From NCBI GenBank assembly GCA_002269645.1, contig NIVC01000890.1:1-64000 (forward strand): a stretch of DNA of 64,000 bases, in the 5' to 3' direction. Of the stretch, positions 24,435 through 37,800 are shown piece after piece. The stretch comes from Macrostomum lignano. Its lineage: Eukaryota. How positions within the stretch are numbered: position 1 is the stretch's first letter; every line of letters begins with the position of its first letter. The position numbers and the translations under genes were made by a program. The notes under the pieces were generated by a model. It did no database searches and was not told the DNA's origin. It was given only the letters and a program-made list of their open reading frames with translations.

Positions 24435-27400
24435 TCACGCCGACTCGTCCTCGAAGACAACGCGTCGCTCCTCCTCGGCGCACAGAAGATCTTCGGCAGC
24501 GGCTCCGTGTTGATGACCGCCAACAACTCGGACGAATTGATCAAAATCGCTGGCCAGACACCACCGTCTGGCAGCGGCAGCGTCAGCCGAATGACCCGTG
24601 GCGGCGGCGAATTGCAACAGTTGCGCGCCGCAGTGAAGCCGGCTGAGCGAGTAGGCGAACTCCCGAGCAGCGTGGGTCAGGCGATCTGCTGGCACCGCGG
24701 CTGCCGCGGTCAGCACTCGACGGTAGGAGGCACGCAGACGATCCACCGGCGCCGATAGACCCAGCACGCTTGGCGCCGAGCCGGCAACGCTACAGGCCGA
24801 CTCGAGGCTGCGCTGCAGGGCAGGCAGGGCGGCGCCGCGCGATTTGTGCAGGGCGCGCAGCAAGTCCAGGCTCAGCACGTTGGTGGTGCCCTCCCAGATT
24901 GGGAGAACGTTGGCATCGCGTAACATCCCGGGAATGCCGCTCTCCTCGACGTAGCCGACTCCGCCAAACATCTCCATAGCCTCCTGGGGTGGTAAGAAAA
25001 ATTTCAGAATTGAAATTAATTGTTTACTCGAGAATGAGACGATTGACAGCAGGAGTCTAGAAAGAGCAATTATGGAGAGACTGATTGTTAAAAAATTATT
25101 TAGGACATTGAAGCAAGTAATAGAAAAGGAAGAGAGTAGGGGAGAGGAGCGAAGAAGAAATGGAGAGGAGTGGAGAGGAGAGTAGAGTAGAAGAGAGGAG
25201 AGTAGAGGAGAGGAGAGGAGAGTAGAGGAGAGGAGAGAAGGGATGAGATGAGAGAAGAAGAGATAAGAGGAGAGGAGAGGAAAGGAGAGTAGAGAAGAGA
25301 GTAGAGGAGAGGAGGGGAGAGGAGAGGAGGAGAGGACAGGAGATAAGAGGAGAGGAGAGGAGAGGAGAGGAGATAAGAGGAGGGGAGAGGAGATAAGAGG
25401 GGAGAGGAAAGGAGGAGAGGAGAGGACAGGAGAGGAGAGGAGGAGAGGAGAGGAGAGGAGACGAGAGGAGAGGAAAGGAAATAAGAGGATGGGAGAGGAG
25501 AGGATGGGAGAGGAGAGGAGAGGAGAGGAGAGGAGATAAGAGGAGGGGAGAGGAGAGGAGAGGAGGGGAGAGGAGAGGATAGGAGATGAGAGAAGAAGAG
25601 ATAAGAAGAAAGGAGAGGAGAAGAGAGGAGAAGAGAGGAGAGGTGAGGAGAGGTGAGGAGAGGAGAGGAGATAAGAGGAGGGGAGAGGAGATAAGAGGGG
25701 AGAGGAAAGGAGGAGAGGAGAGGAGAAGAGAGGAGAGGTGAGGAGAGGTGAGGAGAGGTGAGGAGAGAAGAGAGGGAGAACAGAGGAGGGGAGAGGAGAG
25801 GAGCAGCGGACATGAGCATGCTAGTCAGGCCAATCCCCAGCAGCTCACCTGAGCCTGTCTGACTGCCTGCTTAGCCGTGAACAGTTTCAACAGCGGCGAC
25901 AACAATCTGACAAGCTGTTGATCATCCTCGCCAGCTGCGGCGTCAGCGCCATCGCCACGAGGCAGCAGGCGGGACTCTGTCCGGCCCAGCGCTGCCGCGT
26001 AGTTCATTGCGAACAGGCAGGCGGCCCGGGAGTGCACCTCGAGGTCCGAGAGGCCGCGAACGTGCAGCGGATACTCGGAGATTCGATTGCCAAATGCCGT
26101 GCGCTGTCTGGATTGGGGACAGGAGGGTGAGGAGGGTGAGGAGAGTACAGGGGTGAGGAGGGTGAGGAAGGAAGGGAGGGTACAGGAGGGTGAGGAGGGT
26201 GAGGAAGGAAAGGAGAGTACAGGAGGGTGAGGAGGGTAAGAAGCGTACAGGAGGGTGAGGGGTTGCGGAGGGTGACGATGGTATGGTAAGAAGGGTACAG
26301 GAGGGTGAGGATGGCAGAGGAGGCTCCAGCAAGCAGCCAGCAGTTCCTGCACAATTCCCTCACCTAGCGTGGTCCCGACACAACTGGCTGAAGCGCCTCA
26401 AAGCTCCGGCAGCGTGCACGGCGTTGTGCAGTCGGGTGAGCTGCAGCATGGTGGAGATCTCAGCCACCCCGCGACCCGGCTCGCCAATCAGGCGGGCCCG
26501 GCAGCCGTCCAGCAGCAGCTCGGCCGTGGGCAGTTGCCTGGTGCCCAACTTGTTCTTCAATCGCACCACCTGAATGCCGTTTAGCTGGTCCGGATTGTCG
26601 GGGCTTCGCACCCGGATGAAGAAGAGGCTGAGGCCGCGACTTCCAGGCGTTGGGGCTCCGCCTGAGCCGTTCGGCACCACCCGAGCCAGAGCCAGGGTCA
26701 TGTCCGAGTCAGTAGCCGAGCTGAACCACTTGAATCCGTACAGCCTAAATTGGAAAATAAAAAACTCTTTTTAGAACTAGTAGTTTTTAAAACCAATATA
26801 ACACTGGTAACTATAGATACTGTATTTTCAGATTCAAAATCCATACATGTATGCAAAAAATATTACACTGTACATAAAGTAGCTTGCTAACTTTATAATT
26901 AAAATCGATAAATGACGCATGTATCTATTTTAAGAAACAAAGATCGATAAAATGACTTAGTTCGCATTATCGATCTATTTTTAGAAGAAAAATCTATAAA
27001 AATGACATAGGCAGCTATTTTTAGAAACAAACATAAAAATTTCGAATATATAGCTATTTTTAGAAACTGAAATCAATACATGACGTATGTTGTATTTCCA
27101 AAATTTGAAAATTACTATTAATGTCGGTAGGTCTTTCTTTGGAATTTCCTCAATCTGCGAGCCTCACCGATAAGTGCCGTCATCCTGAGGCACGGCGACA
27201 GTCTCGGTGCCGTCGCCAACATCCGAGCCGCCGCCTCGTTCCGTCATCCACTGACCAGAGGTCCAAAATCTTTTAGGATCGCGAGTTGTTAGTCTGAAAA
27301 AAAATTGCAAAGCAGCAACAGGTTTTAGAAATCAGGCAATTAGAAATTAGCATTAGGTAAACCTAAAAATACAATTGCTATAGCTGGCACTTTCATTTTA

Positions 27401-28414
27401 CTTTACTAACAGTGAAAGTGACACAATAAGTTAATCGAACAAACCTATCGTAAGCCTCCGAGAGACAGCCTGTCTGTCCCGAACCTCCCCGCTCATCCAA
27501 CAAGCGAAGAGTTTTGGCAGCCCCGTCTGTCATGGCCAAAGGACAGCCGTACAATCCGCTCGATGGTGCGTACAACAGATTCTTCAACATCTGATGAAGC
27601 CGTCCGTTGCTAACGACTCCGCCGCCGTTGCTAGGGCTAGGATAAGCCAGAGCAATGAAACCTTCCTCGGCTGAGAAAGTTTTCATCGATTTCCAAGCGT
27701 GCGAAGTGTGAATCCGATCGATTCTGCGACCCCAGCAGTCGAACTGTTCCAGGGTTGGTGGCTGACGCTCGCAGTCGAGCGCCAGTTCGTGTACATCCGT
27801 TGCTATGCGGTTGCCGAGGCGACTGAGATCCAATTGGATCGCTGCAAGCTCTGCTGGCTGTGTTTATTGACAAAATGTTTTTAAGAACAACTTTTGATGA
27901 CCTATTTTATATGAAATAAACTATGAGTGGTCATGGACACTCTATTGAGAATTTCTCTCTCTGACATTGCTGATCAAGCCTCCACAGTAGGCAAGCCTCA
28001 ACTGCTGGACATTCTCAGCTAGTGCCTAGCTTAGTCTCCCAAGCTTTCTATGGTATCCCAATGGTAATAATTAAATAAATAGCAAAATCAGTACAGGGAC
28101 CACTAGTAAACTAAAGGAAAGATAATAATTTAGGCATACTAGCTATGTAAAAAATTGATGCTTTGTTGTTACAAGTATATAACCATTTTGATAACTTGCT
28201 GTTTTTTAGAAAAAAAATGATATAATTAGCTTACCTTATTACCAAAGGCCACTTTAACATATCTCTGCATAAATGGATCCTTGTCAAAGGGATTGGTGAC
28301 TGGCACTGATTGTTGATAAAAGGAGCCATGCTTGGCACCCTGAAAAACTGCTTCATTGTGAGCAAATTGCTTAATCAAATGAGAAAATCTTGATATTTCT
28401 CTTGCTTGAAGCAT
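24435..28414 (-). CDS. Acyl-CoA dehydrogenase, AidB / ACDH-11-like clade, about 635 aa
   Basis: Exons 28414-28235, 27857-27445, 27293-27168, 26744-26364, 26107-25849, 24983-24435, all phase-consistent. Motifs: GCPLAMTDGAA, WTSGQWMTERGGGSDVG, GFKWFSSATDSDMTLALAR, RLKNKLGTRQLPTAEL, EAMEMFGGVGYVEES, LPIWEGTTNVLSLD. The N-terminal EQFDCWGRRID region resembles AidB. Confidence 0.93.
25105..25800. repeat. Purine-rich (GGAGA)n low-complexity intron fill
   Basis: Lies within intron 24984-25848. Confidence 0.95.
26125..26320. repeat. Short degenerate GAGGAGGGT-type tandem repeat (intron)
   Basis: Lies within intron 26108-26363. Confidence 0.8.
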
Positions 28415-31013
28415 TTCAATGTTTGATAATAAAACTGAAAAGAATATAAGCAAGTTTAATTAAAATAAATTAAATGCAATATTCAATATATTTAAATATT
28501 TGTTTTTTCTTACATTTTTGCAGTTAAAGACTATAAAAAGCTTGTTTAAAGATTTATTAACAAATAAAATAAAATATAGATCATATGGTTTTGCTTATTA
28601 TATATTTATGCATATATAAGCACACACATATATAAGCATAACACAGCAGACTAAGGTTCCTTTATTTTAGACTAATTTGGTGTACTTAATTATCATTTGA
28701 AATTAGCCACTCTCTCTAGTCAAGCATATCTAGTATTTGTATTTGATAAAATATTTGGTATTGGTAAATAAAATATGCTGTGAATATGCAACAAAAGTAT
28801 ATTCGATGTATCAAAACTTTTTTAATTTTAATTTTATTAATTGTTGACAGCGCTAAAAAGCAAAACTTAAACACTATACGGATTATAGATTGCGAATATT
28901 GTGCAAACTTTACAATATAGGAAGTAAATAAAATCAGTATTGTGGCACCGCACCATATAGTCCATAAATACACTTGAGTGCTTTAGGTACTTTCGTCTTC
29001 GAGATGAAGTCATTATTGCTGTGTGTTTTGAGTGCATGTGGGTTTGCTTGTGACGGAATAACTAAAAATGAGATATTGATATAAAAAATATAAAATGAGG
29101 CTGGTTTCTTGTAAAGCATGAAATTCAAACCTAGACTCGATCGATCATATTTAAATCTAAGCAGTTAAACAGTTCCTAAATGAAAAAAAGCATTAGGATA
29201 TGTTATGCTTACTCTGGGACTATAGCTTGTTTTAAAAAATAAACATCAACAAATTAAAGTTTGAGAGCGCTTTTGAAGCGATTAATTTCTGCATTACATA
29301 TCCAGCTCCAAGGAAACAAAAATGCCTAATTGAGGCTTTGTTGATAAACTATAAAATCTCTAAACAGGGCCATTTTATAAAGGACAAGGACCACCAGACG
29401 TCAAGATATTGTATTCGGATATAACACTTGCGTTCTATATAGACGTTTTATGCAAATTAATTCAGGGTCATACATATGTAGACAGCTGCTAAAAGCTATG
29501 TACATGTAGTAGAAGCTAGGACGCTTGTCACCTTGCCGATTTTCTCATAACTAAACTGGAGGCCGTTAAGTGACGTACATGTATGTTTATATGCATACGT
29601 AAGCATACTTTTGATAATTTGCACGTTCACGTTTTAGTTGCTTGCAGTGTGATATATATTATTAAAAAACTAGTCCAGGTTCAGAATTCGATCTTATTTT
29701 ACGTATCAATTTGCATATACATTGGGTAGTTTGTTGATTAAAAGCTAGAGGCCGTGACGAATCACTATAAACATTTTTTGGCTAGTAGCAATAGTATATT
29801 TGCAGCAATTTTACACTAGGCGTCTAAAAAATTGGAACGCAGCTGAATAAAACTGCGCGAATGTACCACTCAATACAGAGGCAATAAATGTAATTATGTA
29901 CATGCATCACGATCGTCTTACATGTAACTTCTAAATGTAGCAGTAGAAATTGAACCAACATTTTACTGGGCGTCGACCGATGGGACCCAAATATTAGTAG
30001 TTTCCGTTTTTGTTAATGTGAAAGCTAAATATTCGCAATATACTACTAAATTCCACTAATTTATATATTCGACATATCATCAATAATTTATCTTAATTAC
30101 ATTTACAGACCGCGGTAAAACGTGTACTATGTACTTATCATATCCAACAGTATATGTACGCTTTCCGTACGCAAGTTTTCAAAGTTCTATGCTATACCGA
30201 TAGCTTACCCGAATGAAACACAGCTACCTGTGTAATGCCACACGTACATTGTAGTACATGTACTTAATTTATATTATGCTTGATGTGAAATATATACATA
30301 AAAAATAACGATCAACGTCACAACTTCAATAAAAAAGGTGAGTCTGCTGCATGCTGGCTGTTTTGAATTTAAAAAGTCTAATGCAGCTTACGAACTACAC
30401 ACGTACACCTGTACCATGCACAAACCGGGATACCTATAGTAAATATTGTATTCATATTTTGCAGTAACCCCCTCCCAGAGAGATAGAATGTGAATTGCCA
30501 CGACGAAATTCACATTATGATACGCGGCGCCCCTCCGTGTGGTGCTTACGAGCGCGTATGAGCATTTTTTATGTCTGGTTGATTGGCAATATAAACTTTT
30601 TAATGCAGTTTTCGCGTTATACGACATATGCAGCTCAATTTCCTTCTAGATTCCATCAGTATTGCTCAACTGCTGTGAGCTCATCATACGATCAGTTATT
30701 GCCTCCTGCAATTGGGATTTATCTCGCATCTGTACCTCCGCGATAGCCCTGTCTGCTTTTTTCAACAGCAGCCACCCAACAGCTGATCGTACGATGCGCG
30801 CGTCCATGCATCCATCCTCCCCATAGGCTGTGAATAGAGAATGAACCGCTAGAACTAAAAGCCCAGTATTGGATATTTATTATGAAAGCATTCAGGGGTG
30901 GTTTGCATCCCACAAACGCAATAAATGCTAATTTAAAACCGATGTAGGGATCAATTTTAGAAAATAACTGCGATAGCTGTATTGTTGTATCCGTGACATT
31001 GCTGTTGCAGATA

Positions 31014-33653
31014 ATGGAGAGTGTCAGAAACTCCAGTGGGAGGCGCAGCTCAAATCGGAAGAATTCGGAGCAGAGAGCTTGTGGGATCGCACACGCTAGA
31101 AACTCCATTTTACCTCATAAGGAGGACGTGGATGCCGCGGCCCAGACTGGTTTGATCAAACGAGCCATTGAAACGTTCATAGAAAACACGTCGCTTCGTG
31201 GATTTCGCAAGTGCTACTCAAACCAATACAAAGTGCTGCGCCTCCACTGGCTATTATATCTGTTGAGTATGACCGCCATTCTATCCTACGGTTCCTATGA
31301 ACTGATGAAAGAGTACTTCGAGTACCACACTACCTACCAGATTGAAGAGCGAGTTAACGATCCGACTCATTTTCCTAGCATGACAGTCTGCTCAGTGTAC
31401 CCGTTCTCGCCCGGCGCCCATCAGCTGTGGACCTCGAATCAGCTGATCAGTCCGGCCGAGTTCTCGCGCCAAATGCGTCGAGGCATCGGTCACTACATCC
31501 GGCGCAATATGATCAAAGAGGCCGGCACCCTGTTCCATAGCGATCGCGTGTCCACCTACTTCCAGCGGTTGAACGCCACAGAGCTGTCCATGGTTGAACA
31601 CTCTCTGCACGAGCTCATGCCATTCTGCAGCATGCGGCACAGCGCCAAGGTAAATCCAAGCGTATCGCACTCCGAGCCGTGCGAGTTCCAGATGCGCAGG
31701 GTCTACCATCCCGAGTATTTCACCTGCTACACGCTCCAGCTGCCGCTAAACAAGTCCACTAAAGTTAGCGACGTGTCGCTTATTTTATCCAACGTCAATT
31801 TTAAAAGCATCGAACAGGGAAATCACAGCAACATAGCTGTGGGACGCCAATCGAAATTACTTGAGGAGCACGTGTACAACATTTTTACTCAGGGAGCCGG
31901 GTTCCGCATTGCGCTGCACGAGCCTGACACATATCCCCACCTTGATGAGGACAGTTTCAGTGTACAGATGCAGACTTCGACGTTGATTCGTTATCGCACT
32001 ATTCGCTATCAGAAAGACTCCAAGCAAACGGACAAATGCTCGGACAAGGCCGACAGGACAGTCCAAATTCGAGACGTACAAGAGCGGTACAACTACACTA
32101 GAAGCGCATGCATTAGTAAATTCATTGGACGATACATCCTTAAGAAGTGCGGATGCATCTCCGCCTTTCATATCCGGCCTCGTCAGCCGGGCCGCAGAGC
32201 GCCTTACTGCGGCCACTACAACTTTAGCGAGTCACAAAAATTTGTCGACAGGCTCAACTGCGTTCGCCAGCTGAACTTGACTGACCTGGTCTACGGCGTC
32301 GGGCATCACCAGTGTCGCAAGCGGTGTTCGCACCACTCGTACGAGAGTCACATGTCCTCGTCGAACTGGGAGCCGAGTCTCTGCCAGTTTCACTGGGTGG
32401 GCCACATCGAACGGGCTCTGGATCATCTGCAGGATAATCCGCGGTGAGTTTGCCGTGCTCTGAAAACAGAGAAAAAGCCATTTTAAATATGGTAGGTAGC
32501 TTTAGGCACCTCAAGCACCAAGAAACAGCTTTGACACATTCACATCTCTATTTAGTTACCATCGCGAGTAAAAGCGCCATGACGTCTCTTCAAGGTCGAT
32601 TTAAGCTCCCTAGTAGAATAATAAAGTTAATAAAACTGTGATAACATTTCCCAATATCCCAAAGTAAACTGGAGAAATACGGAGGTACCTAGGCCGTTAT
32701 GAAGTCAATGAAGTCCTTCAGGTCTTGTTCTTGGCTGTGATCTAGAAAGCTCACATTAGACAGAAACTGCAACTCCTTGGACGATATTCCATCTAAGGAT
32801 TCGACCGGTAGATGCTTCCAATTAATCATTTTCAGTTTGTCGCTTGACAAGAAAAAATAATCTCAATGGTGTCTGTCTGTCTGTTATCGTCTAAATAGTA
32901 CACACAGGCTCTGACAAGCTTCGATCTGACCAAGAAAAAACTTTCTATGGCCTCAAGCAACCGAGATTTCTCGTCTTTCTAGCGTTGAACAATCAGATTC
33001 GCTTTATAGTTGAACAATGATGGATTGTTCAACGCTGATCAAAAGCGTACATCTATGAAACAATGTTGATGCTTCGCCACTCGTGAAACTTAATCATTGT
33101 CAATCTCTCAAACCACATACGCAACTATACATTGTTCGGTGTCTAATTTGACATACCCTTTGCAAAACAATCGCTCATATTCAGAAGCAGCGAGAGCCGA
33201 GAGCAGCTGCTCCGATTCGCCGAATTAGACTCGATTCTATCAGCTCCCGAACAGATGAAAATTCAACACTTCGAAGACAGGGCTCTAAAGAACATGGCTT
33301 TGGTCACGGTCGCCAGGCTCAACTATCGTACAGTTGTTAGCCGAGAGAAACTGCAAATCAGTCTGAGCGCCCTGTGGAGCCGCCTCGGCGGTCTCGGCAG
33401 CCTAACTATCGGCGTCACGCTCACGTTTGCCTTCGAATTAGTCGAACTGCTCTACCTAATAGGCAGGTGGAGTTTTGAAGAGTTGGCCTCTAAAGTTGGC
33501 TTGCGCAACAATCGAGACAGCAGTTACGAAGAAGATTCGAACTCTTTCGAACCGATGGAGACGCTGGAGGAGTCAAATCAGAGCGACGGGATTGCCGACG
33601 GCGACAGGCAGACGTCGTTCTACGACAATGTGCCGGATGGTGCTCAAAACTGA
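31014..33653 (+). CDS. DEG/ENaC (ASIC/FaNaC-related) ion channel subunit, about 630 aa
   Basis: Exons 31014-32443 and 33185-33653 (phase 2 join). Features: FIENTSLRGF before TM1, TM1 LHWLLYLLSMTAILSYG, FPSMTVCS, HPEYFTCYT, GFRIALHEPDTYP, a Cys-rich thumb (CISKFIGRYILKKCGC...CRKRC...YE), and TM2 LWSRLGGLGSLTIGVTLTFAFELVELL. Confidence 0.93.
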
Positions 33654-33788
33654 TATTCGCCGGAGTCTTGTCTTGGGGTTGAAGGTTTACCCTGGCGCTA
33701 CGCCTTCAAAGACATGGTTTCACAACCGGTGAGGTGAGGCAGTTCAGCCCATTCCACTGACTCCCAAGCACACCCAAGCGTTCGGATC

Positions 33789-33883
33789 CTGTACGCAGAC
33801 ACGCACTCGTGCACACGCACAAACAGGTTGTACAGCGGCCCTGACTTCTAGTTGTCAGGCATGTGCACTCTCTGTGCCTTGGG
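33789..33883 (-). mobile_element. Short dispersed repeat (SINE-like fragment), copy 1
   Basis: Its reverse complement matches 56319-56416 (shared caaggcacagagagtgcacatgcctgac and gagtgcgtgtctgcgtacag). The SINE class is not demonstrated. Confidence 0.6.
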
Positions 33884-34716
33884 TTTGGCCAGGGTGTAAG
33901 TCTCACGACAGCCGAGCACGAACTCGAACCAAGGGTCGTAGCCTCCTTACCGGTCTAATAGTGGGGTCTTTCCAATTTGAGACAATTCTGACATCCGCAA
34001 TTATTGAATAAATTTACTGAAGCAGAAGGCTAAATTTCGGTTCACAATTCATTAGGAAAATTTAAATTTAACATCGTCACGAAAAGCAACAACGGCACGT
34101 TTGGCTCCATCTTCCTGATTAGCCAGTCTCCAATAATAAAGTAATTTTGCAGCCTGCATCTCTGACCAAGCGTAAACATCGGCTTTATCACAATTTGAAA
34201 TCAGTTGAAAACACAGAAGACTTCAAGACTTCTGGTCTCCCTGTGATTCGTCTTTTATCTGTTAGAAGTTTGCCTTCTCTCCTTTTTGGTTGATTGCCAG
34301 ATCCCACATCTATATTTTTTAATTTCAAATTTTTACTCCGCAGACCATCAACCTGCGCTTAGTTATGATGGAGTTGCTAATGAGAGCGCCACTTTTAATT
34401 GAGGAACTATTTTAGCAGTTGCCATGAGCTCATTATGTATGACCTGCCGGTTGGGCTTAAGCTAAGGACTTTTAAAATTTTTAAAACAATCTGGATCGGA
34501 AAGTCGAAGCCTGGGCAGTAAATTTAAAGGCTTACCAGACAGCACAAAAGCTGGTATACCCATTTGTCTCATCAACATTCAGCCAACATGCGTTGTGTCC
34601 TAAAACATTCCGTGCCTTTATGGCGAAACCTGAGAAATTTCCTAATCCAAGTTCTGAAAAAAAGTCCATAGCCTAATTTATCGTTTTACTAGAGCTTTTT
34701 GCAGCCCATTTGGGCC

Positions 34717-34887
34717 NNNNNNNNNNNNNNNNNNNNNNNNNNNNNNNNNNNNNNNNNNNNNNNNNNNNNNNNNNNNNNNNNNNNNNNNNNNNNNNNNNNN
34801 NNNNNNNNNNNNNNNNNNNNNNNNNNNNNNNNNNNNNNNNNNNNNNNNNNNNNNNNNNNNNNNNNNNNNNNNNNNNNNNNNNNNNNN
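34717..34887. other. Assembly gap (171 N)
   Basis: Run of N. Confidence 1.
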
Positions 34888-37800
34888 TTGGACGCAGCAG
34901 CGTCTGCTCCGATTGATGAGGAACTGGCTAATCTCTTCCATGCTCCTCGGCGATTTATCAGATTCGCTGACAATTCTGCCGTGGCTGTCCTTGACGGTGT
35001 TGCGCCAGAATCTGTCGCTGAAGGTGCCCAGTATGCAAATGACTGTGGAGTTGGCCAGGTGGAACGGAGTGGTTCGCAGCACCCGCATGAGGACGGACAG
35101 CGAGATGTTCGGCACGCTGTTGACGGCGCTTGTCAGGCCGAGGTAAACATCGAAATAGCTGTAGGCTACAAATGATTCTAAGAATTTTGAGCAGCAGAGC
35201 ACTTCGATGAGCTGATGAACGATTCGTTCGATTGTTGATTCGTCTTGATCGCATTGGATCGCGTTTTGGGCAATGCTGAACAGAAGGCAGATGCAGTTAA
35301 ACACGTCCCAGCGTTGGTACCAGGCCAGCGAGTCTTCGCTCTGCGGAAACCCGGTTCGATGATCCCAACTATTAGTCCCGGTTTTGACAGTCCTAACTAT
35401 TAGTACCGGTTTTGATAATCCCAACTATTAATCCCGGTTGTGATGATCCCAACAATTAGTCCCGGTTTTGATGATCCCAACTATTAGTCCCGGTTTTGAC
35501 AGTCCCAAATATTAGTCCCGGTTTTGACAGTCCCAACTATTAGTCCCGGTTTTGACAGTCCCAACTAATAGTCCCGGTTTTGACAGTCCCAACTATTAGT
35601 CCCGGTTTTGACAGTCCCAACTAATAGTCCCGGTTTTGACAGTCCCAACTAATAGTCTCGGTTTTGACAGTCCCAACTATTAGTCCCGGTTTTGACAGTC
35701 CCAACTATTAGTCCCGGTTTTGACAGTCCCAACTATTAGTCCCGGTTTTGACAGTCCCAACTATTAGTCCCGGTTTTGACAGTCCCAACTATTAGTCCCG
35801 GTTTTGACAGTCCCAACTATTAGTCCCGGTTTTGACAGTCCCAACTAATAGTCCCGGTTTTGACAGTCCCAACTATTAGTCCCGGTTTTGACAGTCCCAA
35901 CTATTAGTCCGCGGTTTTGACAGTCCCAACTATTAGTCCCGGTTTTGACAGTCCCAACTATTAGTCCCGGTTTTGACAGTCCCAACTATTAGTCCCGGTT
36001 TTGACAGTCCCAACTATTAGTCCCGGTTTTGATGATCCCAACTATTAGTCCCGGTTGTGATGATCCCAACTATTAGTCCCGGTTTTGACAGTCCCAACTA
36101 TTAGTCCTGGTTTTGACAGTCCCAACTAATAGTCCCGGTTTTGACAGTCCCAACTAATAGTCCCGGTTTTGACAGTCCCAACTATTAGTCCCACCCAGGA
36201 TCTAAATAATAGTAGAGCCCATCCAGGATCTAAATAATCTAAATATTTAGATCGGTTTTGACAGTCCCAACTATTAGTCCCGGTTGTGATGATCCCGACT
36301 ATTAGTACCAGTTTTGATAATCCCAACTATTAGTCCCGGTTTTGATGATCCCAACTATTAGTCCCGATTCGATGATCCCAACTATGAGTCCCAAATTGAG
36401 ACATCAGATTTTGCGCCAGAAATTATAAAAAATCCTCCATATTGTTATAAATCTGGTCGCAAACACCCAGCACAGAATCCCAATACTTTTGACCGCACTC
36501 ACAGAGCTAATCTCTTCCCATGGCTGGTTCCTCAGGTACACCATAGCGTTCCCAGTTCCCTGTCGCATGCTATAGACGAAATCATAGATTTGAAAGACCA
36601 GCGGCTCCTGCCAGATGTCTGTGCACGAGCAGATTGGGTGCATGGTGAAAAATTCCATTTTTAGCATGCTGTCAACCAGAGCCAGAACTTGAGCAAGGCT
36701 TCGCATGTTGTCGCGGTCGTAATAGTTCAGATGCATCAAAAACCGGCGGAGTGGCGAACAGGCGTGTGGCAGCACCGGCCTGATCACGCCCTGGTGCTGC
36801 GGGGGAGCGCGGGTTGCGGAGGGATTGGTTGAAGTCACCCAGTAACAAACTAGTGCCATTAGCTAGCGGGATGGGAGGGCGAGAGAGGGGGAAAGGGAGA
36901 GGAGAGAAGGGGAGAGAGGATAATAGAGAAGAGAGGATAGTAGGAGAGAGAGGAGAGAAGGGGAGAGAGGATAATAGAGAAGAGAGGATAGTAGGAGAGA
37001 GAGGAGAGAAGGGGAGAGAGGATGATAGGGGAGAGAGGAAAGTAGAGGAGAGAGGATAATAGGGGAGAGAGGATAATAGGGGAGAGAGGATAATAGGGGA
37101 GAGAGGATAATAGGGGAGAGAGGATAATAGGGGAGAGAGGATAATAGGGGAGAGAGGATAATAGGGGGGAGCGGATAATAGGGGAGAGAGGATAATAGGG
37201 GAGAGATGATAATATGGGAGAGAGGATAATAGGGGAGAGAGGATAATAGGGGAGAGAGGATAATATGGGAGAGAGGATAATAGGGGAGAGAGGATAATAG
37301 GGGAGAGAGGATAATAGGGGAGAGATGATAATAGGGGAGAGAGGATAATAGGGGAGAGATGATAATAGGGGAGAGAGGATAATAGGGGAGAGAGGATAAT
37401 AGGGGAGAGAGGATAATAGGGGAGAGAGGATAATAGGGGAGAGAGGATAATAGGGGAGAGAGGATAATAGGGGAGAGAGGATAATAGGGGAGAGAGGATA
37501 ATAGGGGAGAGAGGATAATAGGGGAGAGAGGATAATAGGGGAGAGAGGATAATAGGGGAGAGAGGATAATAGGGGAGAGAGGATAATAGGGGAGAGAGGA
37601 TAATAGGGGAGAGAGGATAATAGGGGAGAGAGGATAATAGGGGAGAGAGGATAATAGGGGAGAGAGGATAATAGGGGAGAGAGGAGAGTAATGGGGAGAG
37701 GAGAGAGGGGGAGAGAGGAGAGTAAGGGGGAGAGGAGAGAGGGGGAGAGAGGAGAGTAAGGGGGAGAGGAGAGAGGGGGAGAGAGGAGAGTAAGGGGGAG

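Noticed and set aside
24435-28414. Bacterial origin or contamination of the AidB-like gene
   Set aside because: It has five spliceosomal introns, and AidB-like ACADs are known in animals (e.g. C. elegans ACDH-11).
28460-30990. Short ORFs in the AT-rich region between the divergent ACAD and ENaC genes
   Set aside because: No homology cues or splice support; treated as intergenic/promoter DNA without assignable sites.
33990-34716. Coding-like sequence left of the gap as the end of the unknown gene
   Set aside because: It has multiple stops in all minus-strand frames and cannot be joined across the N gap.
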